Positions 54,007-64,000 of a stretch of DNA of 64,000 nucleotides are shown here, one piece after another. The stretch covers positions 2,604,001 through 2,668,000 of the forward strand of contig CM120649.1 in NCBI GenBank assembly GCA_051362555.1, written 5' to 3'. A program made the position numbers and the translations under genes. Under the pieces are notes generated by a model. It had not been told where the DNA came from and did no database searches. It saw only the letters and a list, made by a program, of their open reading frames with translations. Source of the stretch: Lingula anatina (lineage: Eukaryota > Animalia > Brachiopoda). Positions within the stretch are counted from its first letter, which is position 1. Each line of letters begins with the position of its first letter.

Positions 54007-54630
54007 TTACATTTATTTACACATAACTGTATTACCAACTACAAATCCAAATGTTGCGATAACCTGCGGGACGTTTGTAGAAAAAGCGGTACCAATAAAG
54101 CCAAGCGCTGAAATCAAGGCGCCCAAAAGTATACTTGTCCTGCAGCTGTACTTGCTGATGATAATGCCGCTCACCAGACCTGTCAGGCCACAAAGCGAGT
54201 TCTGCAAGCTGCCGGCTAGCGACACAATGCCTCGATTTTCCTCGGGAAACTGAATCAAGAATTCCGCGTTGTATACTCCGACGGAATTGTTGATGCCTAT
54301 GTTAACACAGCTTGAGAAGAAGGATGCTACCAGTACAGCCCAAGCCCACCCTCTGTCTATGTCCTCGGAATTTTTTGCATAATTTACAGTCTCTTCCCCG
54401 TTGCCGGCCTCACATTCTATATTCTCCGTATTCTTGCTATGTTGAGGTTGCTGACCTTCGCTGTTTGTTTGCTGCACTGGAGGATGCAGATAACGCACGG
54501 CGTTGTGTGGGGAACAACCACTGTCAAAGCTGTCTACAGAGTTACTGCGAGGTTTACTGTACACACTGTATGCTGATCCTAGACTGAAGAAACCGCTGAG
54601 GTTGAAATCGGAATCGAACAAAGCAGACAT
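51511..54630 (-). CDS. SLC16/monocarboxylate transporter family MFS protein, paralog 5 (proximal exon-1 copy; ~622 aa)
   Basis: Exons 54630-54036, 53531-52404, 51990-51940, 51605-51511; 1869 nt in frame. An alternative last exon is possible at 51669-51614. Confidence 0.88.
53586..53880. mobile_element. Helentron-associated (HINE-like) non-autonomous element with GACA microsatellite
   Basis: ctccaccaagg / ccttggcggag subterminal inverted repeat and (GACA)n. Absent from the homologous intron copies at ~56390 and ~57695. Confidence 0.7.
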
Positions 54631-55230
54631 TTTCTAGACGTGATGAAATTGGTATTTCTGGCTGACTTGTTTTTACGTGAGCACTATGGTGAAAAGCTGA
54701 TGTGCATTTCAGGTGTCCACTGCTGGCAGACGACAGCATAACCCATCACATGGACCAGTTTAATATATGTGGGGTCAGTGACAAAATAGAACAGTGACCA
54801 CACCATAACATACTGGTACCATGACACAACCCTCTCCGACAGATTCCGCCACAAAAAAAATGTAACAAAGGACCAACGCTTGTTGCGTATAAGACTGTAT
54901 TCCCATACCTAGATCGATCTAACAGGATCGATCCATTTCCAAAGGGTTTCTCGCTAAATTGCTTTCAGCTTAAGCGGCTTCGATGTCTGGCACGCCTACT
55001 GAAGCTGCTAAACGATGATTAATTACCCCTTTACGGCTGCAGTAGGGGCGCCAGACATCTAAGCTGCTTAAGATAATTGCAATTTAGCGAGAATCCCCCT
55101 TGGAGATAGATAGAACCACAGTTAGTTGGATAGGGTCTGGGAATGGTCCCTAGGGTCTGGGAATGGTCACATATTAAACAGACAGACACATACACAAATA
55201 TTTACATTTATTTACACATAACTGTATTAC

Positions 55231-55825
55231 CGACTACAAATCCAATTGTTGCGATAACCTGCGGGACGTTTGTAGAAAAGGCGGTACCAATAAAGCCGAG
55301 CGCTGAAATCAAGGCGCCCAAAAGAATACTTGTCCTGCAGCTGTACTTGCTGATGATAATGCCGCTCACCAGACCTGTCAGGCCACAAAGCGAGTTCTGC
55401 AAGCTGCCGGCTAGCGACACAATGCCTCGATTTTCCTCGGGAAACTGAATCAAGAATTCCGCGTTGTATACTCCGACGGAATTGTTGATGCCTATGTTAA
55501 CACAGCTTGAGAAGAAGGATGCTACCAGTACAGCCCAAGCCCACCCTCTGTCTATGTCCTCGGAATTTTTTGCATAATTTACAGTCTCTTCCCCGTTGCC
55601 GGCCTTACATTCAATATTCTCCGTATTCTTGCTATGTTGAGGTTGCTGACCTTCGCTGTTTGTTTGCTGCACTGGAGGATGCAGATAACGCACGGCGTTG
55701 TGTGGGGAACAACCACTATTAAACCTGTCTACAGAGTTACTGCGAGGTTTACTGTACACACTGTATGCTGATCCTAGACTGAAGAAACCGCTGAGGTTGA
55801 AATCGGAATCGAACAAAGCAGACAT
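55231..55825 (-). CDS. Tandem copy B of SLC16 paralog 5 coding exon 1
   Basis: 595-nt open exon from ATG to a G|GTAATA donor, a few amino acids different from 54036-54630. It has no exon 2 of its own. Confidence 0.7.
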
Positions 55826-56532
55826 TTTCTAGACGTGATGAAATTGGTATTTCTGGCTGACTTGTTTTTACGTGCGCACTATGCTGAAAAGCTGATGTGC
55901 ATTTCAGGTGTCCACTGCTGGCAAACGACAGCATAATCCATCACATGGACCAGTTTAATATATGGGGTCAGTGACAAAATAGAACAGTGACCACACCATA
56001 ACATACTGGTACCATGACACAACCCTCTCCGACAGATACCGCCACAAAAAAATGTAACAAAGGACCAACGCTTGTTGCGTATAAGACTGTATTCCCATAC
56101 CTAGATCGATCTAACAGGATCGATCCATCTCCAAGGGGTTTCTCACTAAATTGCTCTCAGCCTAAGCGGCTTTGATGTCTGGCACGCCTACTGAAGCTGC
56201 TAAACGATTGTTAACTACCCACTAACAGCTTCAGTAGCCGCGCCAGTCATTTAAGCTGCTTACGTTAATTGCAATTAAGCGAGAACCCCCCTTGGAGATA
56301 GATAGAACCACAGTTAAATCGATAGGGTCTAGGAATTGTCCCTTACATTATATTCCGATGGAAAAAGTAAGCAAAAATCATTGAATAATGATGATTAATT
56401 GCATGGAGGGATGAAGGTACAAGCCGCCGTTTAAGCTGCCAGACGGTCCGATAGACTGGGCCGATAAACAAAGTGACAGACAGACAGATACACACACAAA
56501 TATTTACATTTATTTACACATAACTGTATTAC

Positions 56533-57127
56533 CGACTACAAATCCAAATGTTGCTATAACCTGCGGGACATTTGTAGAAAAAGCGGTACCAATAAAGCCG
56601 AGCGCTGAAATCAAGGCGCCCAAAAGAATGCTTGTCCTGCAGCTGTACTTGCTGATGATAATGCCGCTCACCAGACCTGTCAGGCCACAAAGCGAGTTCT
56701 GCAAGCTGCCGGCTAGCGACACAATGCCTCGATTTTGCTCGGGGAACTGAATCAAGAATTCCGCGTTGTATACTCCGACGGAGTTGTTGATGCCTATGTT
56801 AACACAGCTTGAGAAGAAGGATGCTACCAGTACAGCCCAAGCCCACCCTCTGTCTATGTCCTCGGAATTTTTTGAATAATTTACAGTCTCTTCCCCGTTG
56901 CCGGCCTCACATTCTATATTCTCCGTATCTTTGCTATGTTGAGGTTGCTGACCTTCACTGTTTGTTTGCTGCACTGGAGGATGCAGATAACGCACGGCGT
57001 TGTGTGGGGAACAACCACTATTAAACCTGTCTACAGAGTTACTGCGAGGTTTACTGTACACACTGTATGCTGATCCTAGACTGAAGAAACCGCTGAGGTT
57101 GAAATCGGAATCGAACAAAGCAGACAT
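56533..57127 (-). CDS. Tandem copy C of SLC16 paralog 5 coding exon 1
   Basis: 595-nt open exon with intact ATG and donor. Private variants SKDTE, NYSKN, PEQN. Confidence 0.7.
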
Positions 57128-57837
57128 TTTCTAGACGTGATGAAATTGGTATTTCTGGCTGACTTGTTTTTACGTGCGCCCTATGCTGAAAAGCTGATAT
57201 GCATTTCAGGTGTCCACTGCTGGCAGACGACAGCATAATCCATCACATGGACCAGTTTAATATATGGGGTCAGTGACAAAATAGAACAGTGACCACACCA
57301 TAACATACTGGTACCATGACACAACCCTCTCCGACAGATACCGCCACAAAAAAAATGTAACAAAGGACCAACGCTTGTTGCGTATTTAAGACTGTATTCC
57401 CATACCTAGATCGATCTAACAGGATCGATCCATCTCCAAGGGGTTTCTCACTAAATTGCTCTCAGCCTAAGCGGCTTTGATGTCTGGCACGCCTACTGAA
57501 GCTGCTAAACGATTGTTAACTACCCACTAACAGCTTCAGTAGCCGCGCCAGTCATTTAAGCTGCTTACGTTAATTGCAATTAAGCGAGAACCCCCCTTGG
57601 AGATAGATAGAACCACAGTTAAATCGATAGAGTCTAGGAATTGTCCCTTACATTATATTCCGATGGAAAAAGCAAGCAAAAATCATTGAATAATGATGAT
57701 TAATTGCATGGAGGGATGAAGGTACAAGCCGCCGTGTAAGCTGCCAGATGGTCCGATAGACTGGGCCGATAAACAAAGTGACAGACAGACAGACACACAC
57801 ACAAATATTTACATTTTTTTACACATAACTGTATTAC

Positions 57838-58432
57838 CGACTACAAATCCAAATGTTGCTATAACCTGCGGGACATTTGTAGAAAAAGCGGTACCAATAA
57901 AGCCGAGCGCTGAAATCAAGGCGCCCAAAAGAATACTTGTCCTGCAGCTGTACTTGCTGATGATAATGCCGCTCACCAGACCTGTCAGGCCACAAAGCGA
58001 GTTCTGCAAGCTGCCGGCTAGCGACACAATGCCTCGATTTTCCTCTGGAAACTGAATCAAGAATTCCGCGTTGTATACTCCGACGGAATTGTTGATGCCT
58101 ATGTTAACACAGCTTGAGAAGAAGGATGCTACCAGTACAGCCCAAGCCCACCCTCTGTCTATGTCCTCGGAATTTTTCGCATAATTTACAGTCTCTTCCC
58201 CGTTGCCGGCCTCACATTCTATATTCTCCGTATTCTTGCTATGTTGAGGTTGCTGACCTTCGCTGTTTGTTTGCTGCACTGGAGGATGCAGATAACGCAC
58301 GGCGTTGTGTGGGGAACAACCACTATTAAAGCTGTCTACAGAGTTACTGCGAGGTTTACTGTACACACTGTATGCTGAACCTAGACTGAAGAAACCGCTG
58401 AGGTTGAAATCAGAATCAAACCAAGCAGACAT
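57838..58432 (-). CDS. Tandem copy D (distal) of SLC16 paralog 5 coding exon 1
   Basis: 595-nt open exon (MSAWF...) with intact donor. Its 5' flank resembles that of paralog 1. Confidence 0.7.
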
Positions 58433-58828
58433 TTTTCTCGAAATGACGACGATGCTGGTACTAATGCTTTTTTGTTACGCAGAGCAGAATATATGTTACG
58501 CCTGGTTTTGAATTTGCTATCGTTTTTACATGCACACTATGCTGACTATCTAATGTTCCTTTCAGGTGATCTACGCTGCCAGACGAATAGCCTATGTCCT
58601 CACCATAACATACTGGTAGCATAATATAACCTTCTCCACCAGATACCGCCACAAGGAGGCGCTACATCTAGTTGCATATGCCGTTATAGATTGAACATTT
58701 TACCGCACTGATTTGTGGGTCAGCAGTGTTTGCTAAACTATAAATAAATTTGATGCACATTATACACCGTGTGGCGCTACACTACCCTACACTATACTGC
58801 ACTACACTGCACAACACTGGCTAGTAGT

Positions 58829-59050
58829 TGTGATTTTTTTCTTCAGTCAACAGCTAATACTGAGATAAGTTTTACCTCAAATATTTCGATGTTTATCAGG
58901 ACATCTTCTTCCTCGATTTCTTCCCTGAAGAAGATGTGCTGATAGACATCGAATTTTTGGAGGTAAAACCTATCTCAGTATTAGCTGTTGACTGAAGAAA
59001 AATTCACATCATTCTTATAACTTAACACAGCTGATGAAATTCTTCTCTGA
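58829..59050. mobile_element. Penelope-like inverted terminal remnant with degenerate hammerhead-like core
   Basis: About 80-bp inverted arms 58830-59007; ctgaaga-a-gatgt-N8-acatc-gaa at 58925-58953; flanking direct repeat gctagtagt (58820-58828, 59054-59062). Confidence 0.55.
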
Positions 59051-60143
59051 CTAGCTAGTAGTGCTTTTAATTTTTTAGCGAGTTGCTATACATATATATT
59101 AATTCTTCATGCGACATATGAACTTTGAGTAACATTCCCCGATATTTTGCTGCCTGCTTGAAAGCATTGCGCAGGAATCTTGGGCTATCAATATTGACAC
59201 AACCTCGCCTCTACATGTGAGTACCTGATAACTTGTAGGCCGTCCTTAAGGGGCCATGCCATTGACTTTTCTATATATGTAATGCTACTGAAGGCCGAGG
59301 ATGAAGAAAGAGTGTGATCTCTGGAAAGAACATTTACAGAAAGAAACCTCGCAAGGATGCCTCTATTGAAATGTACAGTGGGGTGACAAAAGTATTGCAA
59401 TATTTTGCTTGAAGGTGAACAACAGATTATGGTTTTTCAATTGGAATTTTATTGAAAATGGTCATGTCAAGTAATCGCCTTAACTACAGGTTTACAGATC
59501 AGTACTTTACCTTTACGAAACGCATGTCATCATGTTAGTATTAACCTATTGTAGGATAGACACGTGATCTCAATATGGCCAATGCGGACTTCTAAGGTTC
59601 AGTTAAATTTTAGAGGCTAGGTGACCCAGGCTCTAAAGATACTTTGGATAAGACCATTTTTTGTAAACGGGCGATCTTTGCCAATTGATTTGAAATCTCA
59701 TTCTACAGGTTTTCGATGGGGTTTTCTGATTGGTGAATGGACAGGCCAGTTCACCCTGATGATTTCATGTCGGTTAGACCACTTTTTGCACCCCAGACTC
59801 TGTGGTGTGTAGCATTATCTTTTTGGAAATTAAACCGATGGTTTCTACCCCCCCCCCCCAATTCTTTTCATCGATGTTATAAACGCTCATGGTTCAGGTT
59901 TCAATGTATCGACAAGTTTTTAATTCACAGCAATGTTTGGAAACACAGAATTGTTTGTCATTATAAGACAAATTTCACATGAATGAATGCACCACCAGTG
60001 TCATCCAACACATGAATATTTTGACAGACCTTCAAAGAAGATTACCTATACAGTTTCCCAGGTGAACATATCATAGTTTTAAGTTTTTTAAACTCGGCCA
60101 CTGTAAATAAGCAAAGTGGCGGATCCATCACAGTATTTTAATG

Positions 60144-61133
60144 TTAGCAGACTGTATCTTCGTCTTTATAAAGGCCACAAATCTCTGCATGAGGTGTTTT
60201 GTGAATTGCCAACATATTTTGCACACGGCACAGGTCACTGAAATTAAGACGACCAGGTTCATTCACAAAGCCAGAATTATGTTCAAGACTTATGTGATTT
60301 TCATGCGCCAGGACAGATAAAAAGACGTCTTCCATGTAAAGGTGTTTCCATAACGACGCTGCGTGAAGACGTTTGATGACGTCGTAAGAAAGTATAGATG
60401 CGAATCCAGACACATAAGGTGGGTATTTGCTGTCACTGATCTCCTCTCGGGACTGGAAGTATTTATCGCGTGGATTGCGATGCACAGACGCATTTACATA
60501 TTTAAAACCAACAAATAGATTGCCAGATTTTTCTGTCGGACGTCTTGTCAGAAACCGTATGACACCTTTGTAGTTAACTGAGACGTCATGTCCACATTTT
60601 AGGACAAAACGCGTCCTAGGACAGTACTCTTCTACCCAGCGAAGAGCGAGAATAGCTTTCAATGTGTAATTTTTGTACGATTCAACAAAATCAACTTTAA
60701 TAAGATCCCCAAACTGGTGGTTTTCATTTACGATTTTTGACTCTACGTGTGTTTGTCTCGAGTTTCCTACAAAGAAGACGGTTTTAATTGATTGCTCCGA
60801 ATATTTCGAAATATTTCCACAAGTTTTTCTAAAAGTCAGTCTGGACAGGAAATCTCGAGGATCAGATATCACTAGGACAAGTAGAAACGGTCCCTTGTCC
60901 ACGCTACAAGGAGCACCAAAAATGTAAGGATACCTTTTGATATGATACCACAGGTATGGTTTCTTCTGTATCTTTTCCTCACACACTGACGCTGGAACTA
61001 AACAATCGGGTTGCTTTTCCTCTTTGGATGTGTGGCGCCTTTTCTTGTTTACGATAGTGGTAAAAGTTACCATCAGAATGAGCAGAGCCACACTGGCTGT
61101 GAAGAAAACGAAAGATATCCTCTTATTTGTCAT
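60144..61133 (-). CDS. GT31 family beta-1,3-galactosyltransferase-like protein (intronless, 329 aa)
   Basis: Colinear paralog of 39282-40286 with the same motifs (FGDLIKVDFVESYKNYTLK, YPPY, EDVFL). Confidence 0.88.
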   Translation of the reverse strand: MTNKRISFVFFTASVALLILMVTFTTIVNKKRRHTSKEEKQPDCLVPASVCEEKIQKKPYLWYHIKRYPYIFGAPCSVDKGPFLLVLVISDPRDFLSRLTFRKTCGNISKYSEQSIKTVFFVGNSRQTHVESKIVNENHQFGDLIKVDFVESYKNYTLKAILALRWVEEYCPRTRFVLKCGHDVSVNYKGVIRFLTRRPTEKSGNLFVGFKYVNASVHRNPRDKYFQSREEISDSKYPPYVSGFASILSYDVIKRLHAASLWKHLYMEDVFLSVLAHENHISLEHNSGFVNEPGRLNFSDLCRVQNMLAIHKTPHAEICGLYKDEDTVC

Positions 61134-62082
61134 GATCTCTACGATAGTCCACGTTCAAATTATACCTCAGCCGCTATTTTGAAAGACAATATCTGCTTGG
61201 CGTACCATCACAAATAAGGGTTATGAATTATTACTCTCACTTCCAAAGCCCACAGTAGATATCAGATAACGTGGCAAAAACTTCTTCAATATACGTACAC
61301 GATTTCATTGTAAGACACTCGTGACAAATGCAGTATAGTCTTACAGGCTATTTTTACACACTAGAAATTCCACATAAGCCCAGACCTGTCTACACTCATC
61401 GGGAGTATTCCGATTTGGGGACATATCTTTTGATTTTTTCGGAGCTGCATTTTTCGCAATGCCCCCCATTTTTCCACGAGCGATGATACAACCTACACCT
61501 AACTTACTTAACATTCTTTTAAATACTTAAATGCTCCAGTCACAATTCTGACTCTTCTTGAAACTTGCAAATGCACCGCATTTTACCATTCGACGTTTTA
61601 AAACTCGTTTCACAACTTTTATCGACTGCAGGCCTCCCGCTTCGCAAATCCAATAAATTATGTAACCATAGCAAAAAAATCAAAACCAAATTTAAGTATT
61701 TTTGTAGGCCCACCTTACGCGTCCATGTGTGAGTCAAAAAGTTTGCGGGTCTGATGGCGTTCTATTTAACGGTGCAAATGAAAGATGGTATGAAACCGTT
61801 TTTGATTGCAGAGTTATCCCCCAGTTATCCATATTCAGGATCCCACACATTCTTATCCCACACCTTCTGAATGAGGTTCTGGTCTGGGAATTGGATGCAA
61901 TTGTCTTTGTTGAGGTTCTTGTTAACCACAGCCAGCTCGCCTACACCACAGTAGCCAATACGCTACACACATGACATGAATGTTGCGTGCGTCCTGTCGA
62001 CCAGAGGCAGAAAATTGGGAATATAACTCTTACCAGCTGTTCTCCAAGCCCTTGCGCGTCCATCACATGTCACAACGCTTAA

Positions 62083-62419
62083 AGGCATAATAACTCTTTG
62101 TATGAGACCTATATTTCACAATAAAAACCTTGTGAATAACTCATAGAAATATAATATATTCTGTTTTACCACAAAAACAGCAGTTATAGCTTTTATTCTG
62201 ATATTTGAACTTGTCTTTAGACCACGTGACCTCCATTGATGTCTATACTTTGTTAAAATCTCTTAAGAGATTTTAACAAAAAACCAAACTTTTTAGAAAA
62301 AAACCAGGGACTAACTTTGAATGTAAAAATGGATTCATTAACCATTGGTAAGTATGGGAAAATTGTTGTTTACTCCAGGAAAATTCATTTTTTGGCCGAA
62401 ACGAAGAGTTATTATTGCT
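62083..62419. mobile_element. Kolobok-like non-autonomous element, copy 2 (inverted relative to copy 1)
   Basis: 337 bp, TTAA flanks, near-identical reverse complement of 16952-17288. Confidence 0.75.
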
Positions 62420-63584
62420 TTAACTTTCTTTCATTTGAGAATAGTTTCATTGCCCAGTTGTTATTTGGTGTCCGAGCCCGGTGTAACAAGAATGGTGGGC
62501 CTCTAGGAACAAAAAGCTGTTCCCCATCACTTACATTCGTCCCATATACAAACCCCAATACTCCGACTGTCCCTAACCCTTTCTAAGCACATGGGAGCCC
62601 GGTCTTTCATTCCTTGGACTTCCATTCCTGTCACATCGGTATATCATCTGACTCGACGTAGGCAGTTCCTACGTTTCCTACAGCCATCCTACCAATTAAA
62701 ATAACGGCGATTGTGCCAAAGTTATCTGACGGTAAACTCAGAAATATGGTTTGCCCTATTCTGATTAAATGTTGCAGTCAAGTTCGAAAATGGCACGAAA
62801 CTTTTTCTACGAGGAGGGCGTAAAACACCCTTTCTTCTATGGGTTGTTCTAGCATGTGAACCACACACTTCTTTTTATTCTTTTTATTCTTATAAAGGTT
62901 ATAATAATTATTTATTTTAACACGAACAACCTGAGGGACAGCACAAACACCAGAATGCTCTGTGTCTCCTCTAACACATTTCAAAATCACCTTATCCAGT
63001 ATGTTCATCCGTTATCTGTATCTATTGATTTTTGAAGAGCACACACTGATGTTCATCAAATGTTTATAAATAAGGTGACCTATGGATGTGTTTTCCCAAT
63101 TTTATATATATTTAAACCTTATGGAAAAAACTGTAGTGCACACCATTTTAATGTTAGGAAACCAATATTTTGCTTTTCTGCACCTTAAATCATGTTATTT
63201 ATTGTTGTTGTTGTTGTTGTTGTTTTTTCATTGTTGGCTGTTATATTCTATTTGATTGATAAATATATTTTAAAGCACGATTTAACTGTTTACCACTGTG
63301 ATGTGGTATTTCAAAACAACTACAGAAACTCATTAAGTGGACGTGTGGATATCTTTTTTGCCTTGAGTGTATAAAACACATAGCCGGTGATGGTTTTCAT
63401 ATTACTTGCTAACCTGAATTTGACTATGAAATACACAAGATAGCTTTCCCTTATGCATATAGGCCTACCTTCCAGCTATACGCCCTGACATTTGCACTAA
63501 GCTTTTTTAATGCTTGGACAATGACCGTATAAATTCATAGCATTTGCCTGCAATGGTGAGCATTAAAATACTAAGTGGAGAATA

Positions 63585-64000
63585 ATGAAACGAGAGAGAC
63601 TGCTGTTTGTCTTCTTCACAATAAAAGCAACTTTGTTACTTTTATTTGTAACTTCCATCATCAAGGAGGAAAGGGTCGAGAATTGCACATCCAAAAAGGA
63701 AAGTGAATGTTTAGTTCCAGCGTCAGTATGTGAGGAAAAACTACAGAAGAAACCATACCTGTGGTATCATATCAAAAGGTACCCGTACATTTTTGGTGCC
63801 CCTTGCAGCGTTGACGAGGAACCGTTTTTGCTGGTCCTAGTTTTATCTGATCCTCGAGATTTTCAGTCCAGACTGACGTTTAGAAAAACGTGTGGAAGCG
63901 TTCCGGAATACATGGGACAATCAATTAAAACCGTCTTCATTGTAGGGAATTCAAAATTGCCACACGTTGAGAAAAAAATTGCAAAGGAAAGCCACCAGTT
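63585..64000 (+). CDS. GT31 family paralog, 5' part (runs off window end)
   Basis: Manual translation MKRERLLFVFFTIKATLLLLFVTS...CLVPASVCEEKLQKKPYLWYHIKRYPYIFGAPCSVDEEPFLLVLVLSDPRDF... is open to the window end. Not in the ORF track because no stop is reached. Confidence 0.85.
   Translation, partial: MKRERLLFVFFTIKATLLLLFVTSIIKEERVENCTSKKESECLVPASVCEEKLQKKPYLWYHIKRYPYIFGAPCSVDEEPFLLVLVLSDPRDFQSRLTFRKTCGSVPEYMGQSIKTVFIVGNSKLPHVEKKIAKESHQ

Larger units (their letters stand above)
53880..58660. repeat. Tandem array of four ~1.2-1.3-kb units containing SLC16 exon 1
   Basis: ATG-to-ATG periods of 1195, 1302 and 1305 bp. Confidence 0.95.

Noticed and set aside
54554-57236. Repeated 61-aa ORF MLSSASSGHLK... 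overlapping each exon-1 start
   Set aside because: Its recurrence is explained by the tandem duplication, it is absent from copy D, and it has no recognisable motif. At most an untested uORF.
54036-58432. Exon-1 copies spliced in series to make a transporter with repeated N-terminal TM bundles
   Set aside because: The AG dinucleotides I checked within ~60 nt upstream of the ATG (58, 31, 27 and 3 nt away) do not restore frame with a phase-1 donor.
61700-61980. Possible retroelement coding fragment between the divergent GT31 genes
   Set aside because: No motif could be assigned with confidence.
63585-63720. Apparent frameshift in the third GT31 copy
   Set aside because: A careful recount through the T-rich stretch shows the frame is continuous.

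Overview
AT-rich, intron-containing eukaryotic DNA, most likely from an invertebrate animal (inference from the gene families and transposon types). The window holds a tandem cluster of five four-exon SLC16/monocarboxylate-transporter-family (MFS) genes: one on the + strand and four on the - strand, all with phase-1 introns at the same positions and an invariant 51-bp third exon. Interleaved are three GT31 beta-1,3-glycosyltransferase genes (two complete and intronless, one cut off by the window end) plus a decayed fragment. Many mobile elements are present: an RTE LINE, other LINE 3' ends, Harbinger, piggyBac and Gypsy remnants, Kolobok-, PIF- and EnSpm-like MITEs, a Helentron-type HINE, a 1.7-kb foldback and a Penelope-like palindrome. 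The most unusual structure is the last SLC16 gene. It has four tandem, intact, slightly different copies of coding exon 1 feeding one set of exons 2-4, plus a duplicated acceptor in the last exon. The two complete GT31 copies both replace the canonical DxD motif with GHD. All exon boundaries were read by eye and none are confirmed by transcripts.
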